Positions 36,465 to 49,101 of a stretch of DNA of 64,000 nucleotides are shown here, piece by piece (position 1 is the first letter of the stretch; the number at the start of each line of letters is the position of its first letter). The stretch is from contig OZ024760.1 of NCBI GenBank assembly GCA_964016885.1, forward strand, positions 20,832,001-20,896,000, in the 5' to 3' direction. The stretch is from Eledone cirrhosa (lineage: Eukaryota). The position numbers and the translations under genes were made by a program. Below the pieces are notes generated by a model, which was not told the DNA's origin, made no database searches, and worked only from the letters and a program-made list of their open reading frames with translations.

Positions 36465-38297
36465 CTGAGTTTCAAATCCCACCGAGGTTAACTTTGCCTT
36501 TCATCCCTATGGGGTCGATAAAATAAAGTACCAGTGGGGTCGATTTGATCGACTTTCTCCTCCTCCCAAATTGCTGGCCTTGTGCCTATATTAGAAATCA
36601 TTAGTATTCGGTGAATTGGCAGTATTGGTAGAGGGTCGGACGCCATGCTTTCCAGCAAAGAGTTACGGCCCTTTATGGTCTGAGTTCAAATCCTGCCGAG
36701 GTTAACTTTTCCTTTCATCCTTACGGGGTCGATAAAATACAGTACCAGTAATGCACTGGGATAATTGCTGGCCTTGTGCCAAAAGTAGAAACAATTATTA
36801 TTTAGAGAAGTTTTATTGTGAAAAATTCAAGTGTCTTTTGTGGTTATGAAAACAGAAAAGGAAGGGAAAGGCTGAGAAGAATGAGGGTTGGGAGTGTTGG
36901 GATCTAGGCCTAGGGAGCAGAGATATTTGGATGTTTAGAGTGATGGATTGGCAGAAGAATCGGTAGAGCGTCAGACATCATGTCTTGCAGCATAGAGTTA
37001 TATCCCTTTATGGTCTGAGTTCAAATCTGCCAAAGTTAGCTTTGCCTTTCATCCTTACGTGGTTCATAAAATAAAGTACCAGTAATTCACTGGGGTAGAT
37101 TCAATCAACTTTCTCTTCCCCGCAAAATTGTTGGCCTTGTGCTTAAATCAGAAACCATTATTATTGGATGGCGGTGGATTGGCAGTATCAGTAGAGGGTC
37201 GTACGCCATGCTTTCCAGCATAGTTACGTCCCTTTACGATCTGAGTTCAAATCCCGCCGAGGTTGACTTTGCCTTTCATCCTTACGGGGTCGATAAAATA
37301 AAGTACCAGTAATGCACTGGCTAATTGCTGGCCTTGTGCCTAAAGTAGAAACAATTATTATTGGATGTTTCGATTTTGCTGTATGTTTGTACAAGCTGAC
37401 ACAAAGTCTCAGCCAGGGATCTCAAGAGAGAGCAAGTTATAAGTTCAAGTTGCCATTATGACTGCCATGTTTTGAGGGAAGAATGTAGTCCAGTAGTAGG
37501 GATTTCAGTGGCTTGGGTTTATAATAGACATTATGACTAGGATAGTTGATACCTGTCATATTTTGAAGGAAGAATGTAGTTTGATGGTAGGGATTTGTGT
37601 TTAAATTGTGACTTGGGCTCAAAAGAAGTATTATTCTAGAAAATGTCTGTCAAAAATGCAAGAAAATTTATAAGTTTGTTTAAAAGTGGTTGTTTGGTTC
37701 TAAAATGAGAGTATGACAATAAAATAATTGCTTCTACTTTTGGCACAAGGCCAGCAATTACCCAGTGCATTACTGGTACTTTATTTTATCGACCCCGTAA
37801 GGATGAAAGGCAAAGTTAACTTCGGCGGGATTTGAACTCAGAATGGCAAGGGCCGTAACTCTATGCTTCAAAGCATGGCGTTTGACCCTCTACCAATACT
37901 GCCAATATGAAAGCTAAAGTTCGAATGCTTAGACAAAACATTCCACTCTACATGAATACACCACACTTATCTATAACAAGGATGATAAACATCAGACGAG
38001 AGATACTACATCAATTGTTAAACCGAGCTATGGCCAGGCTAGAGCAATTCTATGGAAAGTTTTTTTTATTCAAATATGACCTCCCTGTATATTGTCTGGT
38101 GTTCTTACTAGTTGTATCTACTTTTGGCACAAGGCCGGCAATTATCCCAGTGTATTACTGGTACTTTATTTTATCGACCCCGTAAGGATGAACGGCAAAG
38201 TTAACCTCGGCGGGATTTGAACTCAGACCATAAAGGGCCGTAACTCTTTGCTGCAAAGCATGGCGTCAGACCCTCTACCGTTACTGCCAATCCACCG
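36465..38297. mobile_element. Cluster of six SINE family B copies (four +, two -)
   Basis: Core motif recurs at about 36490, 36710, 37045, 37270 (+) and 37780, 38165 (-). Confidence 0.85.
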
Positions 38298-38757
38298 TTA
38301 ATAATAGTGATCTCTAGTTATTGAATGGCTAGGTTACTATAGTAACTTCCTTTAGTAGAGTTATCTCCCCTCTAAAATTTGAATATCATAAGCTATTTAT
38401 TATACATATAGAAACGGATGTAAAATTGATATATCATCATCATCATCATCATCATCATTGTCGTCGTCGTCGTTTAGAGTCCATTTTCCACGCTAGCATG
38501 GGTAGGATGGGCTCTCTCTTTGTGAGAGATCAGGTTGGAGGACCGTGTTTCGCTCACACAGAACTGATTTTCGCTTGGTTTCTACTCACCTCCAAAGTGA
38601 AACCTGTGTGGTATTCACCTCCAGAGCGAACATTTTTCAGCACCTTATTCCCATAAAATTTGAAGTTGGTGAAAATCAGCAAAATATTGACTTCAATCGT
38701 AGGCACCCACCATCCCATTTTACCATAACATTTTTAGTCTCATATTTCTTGGCTTAT

Positions 38758-39144
38758 ATCATCATCATCATTTTACGTCCGCTTTTCCCTGCTTGCAAGG
38801 GTGGGACGGGAACTGATTCTGGCTCGATTTCTACAGCTGGATGCCCTTCCTAACACCAACCTCATTTACAGTGAGTGCTGGGTGCTTTTCTTTTCCGTGG
38901 CACCTACACGTAAAACTTTACAGTGTGGGCTGGGTGCTTTTTTGCCGTGGCACCTACACATCCACTTTACAGTGGAATGATAGGGACCTCAGCCCTATCA
39001 TCTCATTTCTACAGCTGAGTAAACTGGAGCAATGTGAAATAAAGTGTCTTGCTCAAGGAAACAACAAATCACCCGGTCTAAGAATTGAACTCACAACCTT
39101 TTGATAGCAAGGCCAATGCTCTAATCACTAAGCCACGTGCCTCC
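38758..39144 (-). mobile_element. SINE family A copy with an internal duplication
   Basis: Full-length; GCTGGGTGCTTTT...CACCTACAC..CTTTACAGTG segment present twice; head lies about 20 nt downstream of an exon donor. Confidence 0.88.
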
Positions 39145-39165
39145 ATATACAAGTATAAATAGTAC

Positions 39166-39265
39166 CTTTCAGTTTAAACTCTGTTTGAAGTATCCAGGTG
39201 TCAGAAGTATTGTTGATACTGGCACACTGCAGCTGTTGTTCGGTTTTACCTGGGAAATTGGTGAT
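39166..39265 (-). CDS. LRP1: LRP1-like exon: beta-propeller 1
   Basis: 100 nt, phase 0-1, which exactly bridges the neighbouring exon phases; ITNFPGKTEQQLQCASINNTSDTWILQTEFKLK. Confidence 0.8.
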
Positions 39266-39293
39266 CTGAAATGATATTATATATATATTGTTA

Positions 39294-39849
39294 GAGATAT
39301 CGACACAGATGACAGACGAAGAGGAGGGGCGGAGTGGAGATATCGACACAGATGACAGACGAAGAGGAGGGGCGGAGTGGAGATATCGACACAGATGACA
39401 GACGAAGAGGAGGGGCGGAGTGGAGATATCGACACAGATGACAGACGAAGAGGAGGGGCGGAGTGGAGATATCGACACAGATGACAGACGAAGAGGAGGG
39501 GCGGAGTGGAGATATCGACACAGATGACAGACGAAGAGGAGGGGCGGAGTGGAGATATCGACACAGATGACAGACGAAGAGGAGGGGCGGAGTGGAGATA
39601 TCGACACAGATGACAGACGAAGAGGAGGGGCGGAGTGGAGATATCGACACAGATGACAGACGAAGAGGAGGGGCGGAGTGGAGATATCGACACAGATGAC
39701 AGACGAAGAGGAGGGGCGGAGTGGAGATATCGACACAGATGACAGACGAAGAGGGGGGGCGGAGTAGAGATATCGACACAGATGACAGACGAAGAGGAGG
39801 GGCGGAGTGGAGATATCGACACAGATGACAGACGAAGAGGAGGGGCGGA
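39294..39849. repeat. 43-bp tandem array, 13 copies
   Basis: GAGATATCGACACAGATGACAGACGAAGAGGAGGGGCGGAGTG. Confidence 0.95.
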
Positions 39850-40109
39850 TGAAGTGATGATGGCAATGATGATGGCGGGGGTGAAGGATGCTGATGATGA
39901 GGGGGGGGGAGGGGATGATGATAATGATGATGATGTTGCTGAGAATGATGAAGATGAGGAAATATATCACTTAAAATATCATATTGAACTTTAATACTTA
40001 GTGGTTGCGGAATTTCCTCAGTCAATCAATCAGCTAATCAATTGATCAGCTGATCAATTGATTAGCTGATCAATTGATCAACATGGTCACATTGAAAGGA
40101 TGATGAGTT

Positions 40110-41265
40110 GGAGAGGGCAAGCTGCCAGAATGAGAGAGAGAGGGAGAGGGAGAGGGCAAGCTGCCAGAATGAGAGAGAGAGGGAGAGGGCAAGCTGCCAC
40201 AATGAGAGGGAGTGGGGGAGATGGCAAGCTTCCACAATGAGAGGGAGGGAGAGGGCAAGCTGCCAGAATGAGAGAGAGAGGGCAAGCTGCCACAATGAGA
40301 GAGAGGGGGAGAGGGCAAGCTCCCACAATGAGAGGGAGGGAGAGGGCAAGCTGCCAGAATGAGAGAGAGAGAGAGAGGGCAAGCTGCCACAATGAGAGAG
40401 AGGGGGAGAGGGCAAGCTCCCACAATGAGAGGGAGGGAGAGGGCAAGCTGCCAGAATGAGAGAGAGAGAGAGAGGGCAAGCTGCCACAATGAGAGAGAGG
40501 GGGAGAGGGCAAGCTCCCACAATGAGAGGGAGGGAGAGGGCAAGCTGCCAGAATGAGAGAGAGAGAGAGAGGGCAAGCTCCCAAAATGAGAGAGAGGGAG
40601 AGGGAAAGCTCCCACAATGAGAGGGAGGGAGAGGGCAAGCTGCCACAATGAGAGAGAGAGAGAGAGGGGGCAAGCTGCCACAATGAGAGGGAGGGAGAGG
40701 GCAAGCTGCCACAATGAGAGAGAGGGGGAGAGGGCAAGCTCCCACAATGAGAGGGAGGGAGAGGGCAAGCTGCCAGAATGAGAGAGAGAGGGAGAGGGCA
40801 AGCTGCCACAATGAGAGAGAGAGGGAGAGGGCAAGCTGCCACAATGAGAGAGAGAGAGAGGGAGAGGGCAAGCTGCCACAATGAGAGAGAGAGAGAGGGC
40901 AAGCTCCCACAATGAGAGAGAGAGAGGGCAAGCTGCCAGAATGAAAGAGAGAGGGAGAGGGCAAGCTGCCAGAATGAGAGAGAGAGGGAGAGGGCAAGCT
41001 GCCACAATGAGAGAGAGAGAGAGAGAGAGGGCAAGCTCCCACAATGAGAGAGAGAGAGAGAGAGGGCAAGCTGCCAGAATGAGAGAGAGAGGGAGAGGGC
41101 AAGCTGCCAGAATGAGAGAGAGAGGGAGAGAGCAAGCTCCCACAATGAGAGAGAGAGAGAGAGAGAGGGCAAGCTGCCAGAATGAAAGAGAGAGGGAGAG
41201 GGCAAGCTGCCACAATCAGAGAGAGAGAGAGGGAGAGGGCAAGCTCCCACAATGAGAGAGAGGGA
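40110..41265. repeat. Compound minisatellite: GGGCAAGCT(G/C)CCA(G/C)AAT plus variable (GA)n
   Basis: About 35 units of about 29-37 bp. Confidence 0.95.
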
Positions 41266-41329
41266 GGTAACCAATACACCAAGATGACATCAGTCGCTAT
41301 GAAACTGTGGCTGTTGTAAAAGTGGGAAA

Positions 41330-41708
41330 ATAATTGTTTCTACTTTAGGCACAAGGCCAGCAAATACCCAGTGCATTACTGGTACTTTATTTTATCGACC
41401 CCTGTAAGGATGAAAGGCAAAGTTAACCTCGGCGGGATTTGAACTCAGAATGGCAAGGGCCGTAACTCCATACGTCAAAGCATGACGTCCGACCCTCTAC
41501 CGATACTGCCAATCCACCAAAATAATTGTTTCTACTTTTGGCACAAGGCCAGCAATTACCCAGTGTATTACTGGTACTTTATTTTATCGACCCCGTAAGG
41601 ATGAAAGGCAAAGTTAACCTCGGCGGGATTTGAAATCAGAATGGCAAGGGCCGTAACTCCATACGCCAAAGCATGACGTCCGACCCTCTACAGATTCTGC
41701 CAATCCAC
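41330..41708 (-). mobile_element. Two tandem SINE family B copies next to an exon donor
   Basis: Direct duplication of about 190 bp. Confidence 0.85.
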
Positions 41709-41741
41709 CAAAATAATGGGAGAATTTATTTTTTCACTAAC

Positions 41742-41899
41742 CCAACAAAATGATGAATTCCTATGATTGAAGTCCATTGTTTCAACAGCATGACCAGCGA
41801 TAGTGGACAAGGTTTCTCCAGTGACGTTACCAGAGAGGCCAATATGTTGGACATCATTGGTGTTTGTAAATAACAATGTGGCTTCTTCATCTTTTGGAA
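41742..41899 (-). CDS. LRP1: LRP1-like exon: beta-propeller 1 start
   Basis: 158 nt, phase 1-0; VPKDEEATLLFTNTNDV...MDFNHRNSSFCW. Confidence 0.9.
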
Positions 41900-42309
41900 C
41901 TGAAAATAGAGAATGGAAAGCTTTAAAAACAACACAAAAAAGAAACATCAGTGACACAGCCTTGACCAAGCATCATCTTCATCATCATTGTCATTACCAT
42001 CATCATCATTATCCTCATTGTTTGATGGGTCTTCCCTCACTCATCTGCCCAGATGTTGCATTCAGTTCAACTCCTGTAGAAGTCATTTTGTATAATAAAA
42101 TAAAGATGCCTATGCTCCACTAACTTATTGAGTACCTCCTGATATACATCGGGAATCCACCTATGATAAATATATATATATATATATACATATATATATG
42201 TATATGTATATACATAGATATAGTGGAGGTTCAGTGTTCTGAGATCAGCTAGTTCTCACCGTTGGGAATTCTAGGCACTTTTTCGCCCAGCAACCATCAA
42301 CCACACACA

Positions 42310-42525
42310 TCACACGTCCATACCAGTGCAGTCTCCCCTTTTACACACAGCAATGTTAAAGAAACAATCTGTCCCAAGCCGTCACATGTCCATACCAGTG
42401 CAGTCTCCCCTTTTACACACAGCAATGTTAAAGAAACAATCTGTCCCAAGCCGTCACATGTCCATACCAGTGCAGTCTCCCCTTTTACACACAGCAATGT
42501 TAAAGAAACAATCTGTCCCAAGCCG
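42310..42525. repeat. 72-bp triplication
   Basis: CCATACCAGTGCAGTCTCCCCTTTTACACACAGCAATG... x3. Confidence 0.9.
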
Positions 42526-42930
42526 AGACGCTTATCAGGTGAGAGTTTATCCTGGTTTCTTGTGGAGATAAGTGACTGACAATACAAGACACGTTCGTAG
42601 TGCTGGTGATTTACATAAATTTACTCAGTAAACACTGTAAAGTGGTTGGTGATAGGAAGGGCATCCAGTTATAGATAGCTTGTTTGATAAGGGTTGGAAG
42701 GCCCGTTGGTACCATGATCAAGGTACTCAGTAGAACATAAGATTGTTTTGTAAGATCTGAGCCCCCGGCCCACCCAAATACTTGGTAGAGTGCCGGAACA
42801 TATGTACGTGACAATGCAAGTACACAGCCTACCCAAGCACACACTAGGGTGGGGGAGCATAAGTGAAATTTAGGCCTTTGGCTCATCTGAGAGGTCCATA
42901 GTTACGCTTGGTTACTGACCGGTCCATGAC

Positions 42931-44060
42931 AACCACTTACCATTGATGGCTTCACATGTCTTGTACTCTATCATACTGTAACCATCACACATCACCATTG
43001 ATGGCTTCACATATCTTGTACTCTCTCATACCGTAACCATCACACACTAACATTGATGGCTTCACATGTCTTGTACTCTATCATACCGTAGCCATCACAC
43101 ACCACCATTGATGGCTTCACATGTCTTGTACTCTATCATACCATAACCATCACACACTACCATTGATGGCTTCACATGTCTTGTTCTCTATCATACCGTA
43201 ACCATCACACATTACCATTGATGGCTTCACGTCTTGTACTCTATCATACCGTAACCATCACACATCACCATTGATGGCTTCACATGTCTTGTACTCTATC
43301 ATACCGTAACCATCACACACTACCATTGATGGCTTCACATGTCTTGTACTCTATCATACCATAACCATCACACACCACCATTGATGGCTTCACATGTCTT
43401 GTACTCTATCATACCGTAACCATCACACACTACCATTGATGGCTTCACATGTCTTGTTCTCTATCATACCGTAACCATCACACACTACCATTGATGGCTT
43501 CACATGTCTTGTACTCTATCATACCATAACCATCACACACCACCATTGATGGCTTCACGTCTTGTACTCTATCATACCGTAACCATCACACATCACCATT
43601 GATGGCTTCACATGTCTTGTACTCTATCATACCGTAACCATCACACACTACCATTGATGGCTTCACATGTCTTGTACTCTCTCATACCGTAACCATCACA
43701 CACCACCATTGATGGCTTCACGTCTTGTACTCTATCATACCATAACCATCACACACCACCATTGATGGCTTCACGTCTTGTACTCTATCATACCGTAACC
43801 ATCACACACTACCATTGATAGCTTCACATGTCTTGTTCCCTATCATACCGTAACCATCACACACCACCATTGATAGCTTCACATGTCTTGTTCCCTATCA
43901 TACCGTAACCATCACACACTACCATTAACCACTTACCATTGATAGCTTCACATGTCTTGTTCTCTATCATACCGTAACCATCACACACTACCATTGATGG
44001 CTTCACATGTCTTGTACTCTCTCATACCGTAACCATCACACACTACCATTAACCACTTAC
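42931..44060. repeat. About 55-bp array built from the LRP1 exon 3' end and donor, about 20 copies
   Basis: CCATTGATGGCTTCACATGTCTTGT (exon end) plus ACTCTATCATACCGTAACCATCACACACTA. Confidence 0.95.
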
Positions 44061-44189
44061 CATTGATGGCTTCACATGTCTTGTTGTCCTCTTTCATATT
44101 ATAGCCAGCAACACAACTGCACGAGTAATTGGTGTAACCATTGATACAGGTCTGGTCACAGAAACCATCATAACTGCACTCATCCATGT
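44061..44189 (-). CDS. LRP1: LRP1-like exon: calcium-binding EGF
   Basis: 129 nt, phase 1-1; DMDECSYDGFCDQTCINGYTNYSCSCVAGYNMKEDNKTCEAIN; donor ATG|GTAAGT. Confidence 0.92.
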
Positions 44190-44430
44190 CTAGAAGGAAT
44201 TCACAAAAACAACAACAACAACAATAATAATAATCTCATTAACAAACAACAATAAAAACAACAGCAACAACAAGAAGCATTTTAAGGTCAGTTTTCCTGC
44301 TAAAAAAACCCCTGATATTCCAGGTTCCATTACAAGTTTTATGCTCACCATGGCGTCCTTCTCAGGCAATGTTTTACAGCCAGATGTCCATTCTGGTACC
44401 AACACTTTTAGTTGTCTTTTAAAACATGCA

Positions 44431-45045
44431 GATACAGTGTACCTATTGTAAACCAGGTATACACAGGGATATAGCGTACCTATTGTAAACCAGATATACA
44501 CAGGGATACAGCGTACCTATTGTAAACCAGGTACACACAGGGATACAGTGTACCCATTGTAAACCAGGTACACACAGGGATACAGTGTACCTATTGTAAA
44601 CCAAATATACCCAGGGATACAGTGTACCTATTGTAAACCAGGTACACACAGGGATACAGTGTACCTATTGTAAACCAGCTACACACAGGGATACAGTGTA
44701 CCTATTGTAAACCAGGTACACACAGGGATACAGTGTACCCATTGTAAACCAGATATACCCAGGGATATAGTGTACCTATTGTAAACCAGGTACACACAGG
44801 GATACAGTGTACCCATTGTAAACCAGATATGCCCAGGGATATAGTGTACCTATTGTAAACCAGGTACACACAGGGATACAGTGTACCCATTGTAAACCAG
44901 ATATACCCAGGGATATAATGTACCTATTGTAAACCAGATATACCCAGGGATATAGTGTACCTATTGTAAACAAGGTACACACAGAGATACAGTGTACCCA
45001 TTCTAAACCAGATATACACTGGGTTACAGTTTATCTATTATAAAG
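44431..45045. repeat. 37-bp tandem array, about 16 copies
   Basis: GATACAGTGTACCTATTGTAAACCAGGTACACACAGG. Confidence 0.95.
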
Positions 45046-45582
45046 CACATACACACATGCCAGCCAGCTGCTTTCAGGTCCCATACACAACATATATGTT
45101 ATGATACCTTAAATATGTATATAACAGCTCCAAATACTTTATTTGTTGAAGAGATGCTGTGAATAATATTTTGCACCTCTTTCTAGCAGAAATGGCGTCC
45201 AGCTTTGTTTGCACCAGCAGACTGGGGTTAAACATTATTACACCACGCTGTATTCCATGTTGGAATATCTCTTGAAGCCTTGCAGATATAGATAAGTATT
45301 TAGTACTACATACTTTATTGCAACTATATCTAATTGATACAATTCCACATCATTGATTCACGTCTCCCATAAATAGTTGGAGATCAATGATCATTAGATC
45401 GATTTTAAGTTATGGTTCTCCGTGAATCATGAAATGGCCTTAAGGGAATAAGAACTTTTTCTATTTGAAGTACATATTCTTCATAGATATGTGCGTTTTG
45501 TGTGTGTACAGAATACTGTCTTTTTCTCATAAGCTATATGGTTCTTTCCCTCTCTATATTTATACATATATCTATAAATTTG

Positions 45583-45647
<65 letters not shown>

Positions 45648-45989
45648 GGGGCTTCAAAAGGTTTGTGGAAAAAGTACATAGCTAAAAATCATATGCAGGT
45701 ATTTTGATCTCAATGCACCTGTACGTTCTCGTACTAAAGTTACATAACTGTTTCTACTTTTAGGCACAAGGCCAGCAATTACCCAGTACATTACTGGTAC
45801 TTTATTTTATCGACCCCGTAAGGATGAAAGGCAAAGTCAACCTCGGCGGGATTTGAACTCAGATCGTAAAGGGACGTAACTATGCTGGAAAGCATAGCGT
45901 CCGACCCTCTACTGATACTGCCAATCCACCGCCTTGTACTAAAGTTACATAACATGTTCTGACATGATCCCTTAAATGCATGTCGCAAC

Positions 45990-47060
45990 GTGGCGCTCGT
46001 GTGTATATATATATATCTTGCTATATGGAAGTGAAACATGGATGCTTTCATCCAAACAACAAAAGCACATTGATGGCACTTACACTGCTTCAACGGATTT
46101 GGAACATAAGCTGGCGACATCTGACTTTGAGAGAGATATGCCGGCATCCCACGCATATCTTTCGTTGTACGTAAAAAGGATTTGCTGGCCACTGCCATCG
46201 TGCCACCTATGAGGCTGTGTCCCCCATTAGTACTTTGGAAACCACAAGCAGTCACTAATAACAGGGGACACAAGCTCTCCTATCCTAATTTGCTGGCCAC
46301 TGCCATCGTGCCACCTCTGAGGCTGTGTCCCCCATTAGTACTTTGGAAACCACAAACAGTCACTAATAACAGGGGACACAAGCTCTCCTATCCTAATTTG
46401 CTGGCCACTGCCATCATGCCACCTCTGAGGCTGTGTCCCCCATTAGTGCTTTGGAAACCACAAACAGTCACTAATAACAGGGGACACAAGCTCTCCTATC
46501 CTAATTTGCTGGCCACTGCCATCATGCCACCTCTGAGGCTGTGTCCCCCATTAGTGCTTTGGAAACCACAAACAGTCACTAATAACAGGGGACACAAGCT
46601 CTCCTATCCTAATTTGCTGGCCACTGCCATCGTGCCACCTCTGAGGCTGTGTCCCCATTAGTGCTTTGGAAACCACAAACAGTCACTAATAACAGGGGAC
46701 ACAAGCTCTCCTATCCTAATTTGCTGGCCACTGCCATCGTGCCACCTCTGAGGCTGTGTCCCCATTAGTGCTTTGGAAACCCCAAGCAGTCACTAATAAC
46801 AGGGGACACAAGCTCTCCTATCCTAATTTACTGGCCACTGCCATCGTGCCACCTCTGAGGCTGTGTCCCCCATTAGTGCTTTGGAAACCACAAGCAGTCA
46901 CTAATAACAGGGGACGCAATCTCTCCTATCCCGATGTCATCTCCAGAGATTCTGGTATTGAAATCCAGGACTTGGCAACAGCAATGAACGACAGACCCAC
47001 GTGGAGATCAGTTGTTGAGTCGTCCATTTTGGCTGAGGCTGCCGGATGATGATGATGATG
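45990..47060 (+). mobile_element. RTE-like LINE 3' fragment with an internal 108-bp unit amplified about 7 times (46180-46932)
   Basis: ILLYGSETW upstream; AMNDRPTWRSVV..* and (GAT)n downstream; 36-codon repeat. Confidence 0.8.
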
Positions 47061-47061
47061 A

Positions 47062-47397
47062 TCATCATCATCATCATACGTCCCCTTTTTCCCTACTTGC
47101 AAGGGTGAGACGGGAACTGATTCTGGCTTGATTTCTACAGCTGGATGCCCTTCCTAACACCAACCTCATTTACAGTGAGTGCTGGGTGCTTTTTTGCCGT
47201 GGCGCCTCCACGACCACTTTGCAGTGGAATGATAGGGACCTCAGTCCCTATTATCTCATTTCTACAGCTGAGTAAACTGGAGCAATGTGAAATAAAGTGT
47301 CTTGCTCAAGGAAACAACACATCACTCGGTCTGAGAATTGAACTCGCAACCTTTCGATTGCAAGGCCAATGCTCTAACCACTAAGCCATGTGCCTCC
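47062..47397 (-). mobile_element. SINE family A copy
   Basis: Inserted tail-to-tail with a LINE fragment. Confidence 0.9.
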
Positions 47398-47402
47398 ATG
47401 AG

Positions 47403-47443
<41 letters not shown>

Positions 47444-47536
47444 CTTGTATACATAGATGTCTTTCAAAACACTGATTCAGAGAATCAGAAAACATAATAT
47501 ATGAAGAATAAAGAGAAAGAAGAAAACAGTCGCTAC

Positions 47537-47656
47537 CTTCACACTGTAGTTCATTTTCAGCTTTAGGTTGCAGACCCTTCGGACAGTAACATTTAGGCCC
47601 TTGTAAAGTTTCTCGACATCCGTGTTCACACATTCGGTGAGCACATCCTCGATTTG
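47537..47656 (-). CDS. LRP1: LRP1-like exon: EGF repeat
   Basis: 120 nt, phase 1-1; NRGCAHRMCEHGCRETLQGPKCYCPKGLQPKAENELQCE. Confidence 0.9.
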
Positions 47657-48071
47657 CTAGATAGAAAAATGATAATGCATTCGTCAGTGAAGAACAATCT
47701 AAACTATAATAAAGTAAGGAGCGCGGGACTGCGTACGGTTTATAATTTTTTATCCCATTAGTAAAATAAGTTGGATTACTTTGAATAAATAATGAATGAA
47801 TATTACATAATTTATCTACTAAATTTCGTGGCTGTTGATTAAATATATTTTGTTTATTTAAAGATTCATTTCTTTAAAATTTCTGAAATGTCAACACTTC
47901 TGGTTGGCCATCGCTTAAATAAACATACCAATTTTCTGTCACTAATTTTCTCCTAATACAGTTTATATATAATATCATCTTTTTTAAATGCATTATGGAT
48001 TACTTTACTGATTACAGAAGACAGTGTAACACAGTCTCTTTTCAATTTCTGTGCATATTGTCAATTACAAA

Positions 48072-48850
48072 ACCCCTTCATTACCATATTTCTAATGTAA
48101 GACACTGTCTATGTCTTTAACCCTTTCATTACCATATTTCTAATGAAAGACACTGTCTATGTCATTAACCCTTTCATTACCATATTTCTAATGAAAGACA
48201 CTGTCTATGTCATTTACCCTTTCATTACCATATTTCTAATGAAAGACACTGTCTATGTCATTAACCCTTTCATTACCATATTTCTAATGAAAGACACTGT
48301 CTATGTCATTTACCCTTTCATTACCATATTTCTAATGAAAGACACTGTCTATGTCATTTACCCTTTCATTACCATATTTCTAATGAAAGACACTGTCTAT
48401 GTCATTTACCCTTTCATTACCATATTTCTAATGAAAGACACTGTCTATGTCATTAACCCTTCCATTACCATATTTCTAATGAAAGACACTGTCTATGTCA
48501 TTAACCCTTTCATTACCATATTTCTAATGAAAGACACTGTCTATGTCATTAACCCTTTCATTACCATATGTCTAATGAAAGACCCTACCTATGTCATTAA
48601 CCCTTTCATTACCATATTTCTAATGAAAGACCCTACCTATGTCATTAACCCTTCCATTACCATATTTCTAATGAAAGACACTACCTATGTCATTAACCCT
48701 TTCATTACCATATTTCTAATGAAAGACTCTACCTATGTCATGAACCCTTTCATTACCATATTTCTAATGAAAGACACTGTCTATGTCATTAATCCTTTCA
48801 TTACCATATTTCTAATGAAAGACCCTACCTATGTCATTACGACATTTCTA
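48072..48850. repeat. 48-bp tandem array, about 16 copies
   Basis: CCCTTTCATTACCATATTTCTAATGAAAGACACTGTCTATGTCATTAA. Confidence 0.95.
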
Positions 48851-48960
48851 GGGGCTGAAGTCTGATGACTAAAACCAGTAAAATATTAACATGGCACAAG
48901 AGGTCAACAAAAAAGACAGCAAGTGTTTAAATAAAAAGAAAAGTGTTGGTTGGTCCTTAC

Positions 48961-49101
48961 CACAATGGGCTCCTTCGTCAGCTCGGTCACTATTTAAACA
49001 GTCATTAACGCGATCACAGACTTTTTCTATATATATACAGGTTAAGGTGCCAGGACATAAGTAGTAGTTTGGTGCACAGCTGAAGCCTTTCACGTCTTGA
49101 C
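48961..49101 (-). CDS. LRP1: LRP1-like exon: LDL-receptor class A repeat (cluster I, CR2-like); most 5' exon found
   Basis: ttttag|GT CAA GAC GTG...CAT TGT G|gtaag, 141 nt, phase 1-1; [46 protein letters not shown]. Confidence 0.9.

Noticed and set aside
40110-41265. CRISPR-like repeat/spacer appearance
   Set aside because: The spacers are just variable (GA)n, there are no cas genes, and the context is a eukaryotic intron. Other arrays have no unique spacers.
39128-41282. ORFs of 180-406 aa
   Set aside because: Minisatellite translations; only 39166-39265 is a real exon.
1-49101. Assignment as LRP2/megalin or vitellogenin receptor
   Set aside because: A short first cluster, two propellers, then eight LDLa repeats and motif-level matches fit LRP1/LRP1B; LRP2 starts with seven repeats. 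Phylogeny was not run.
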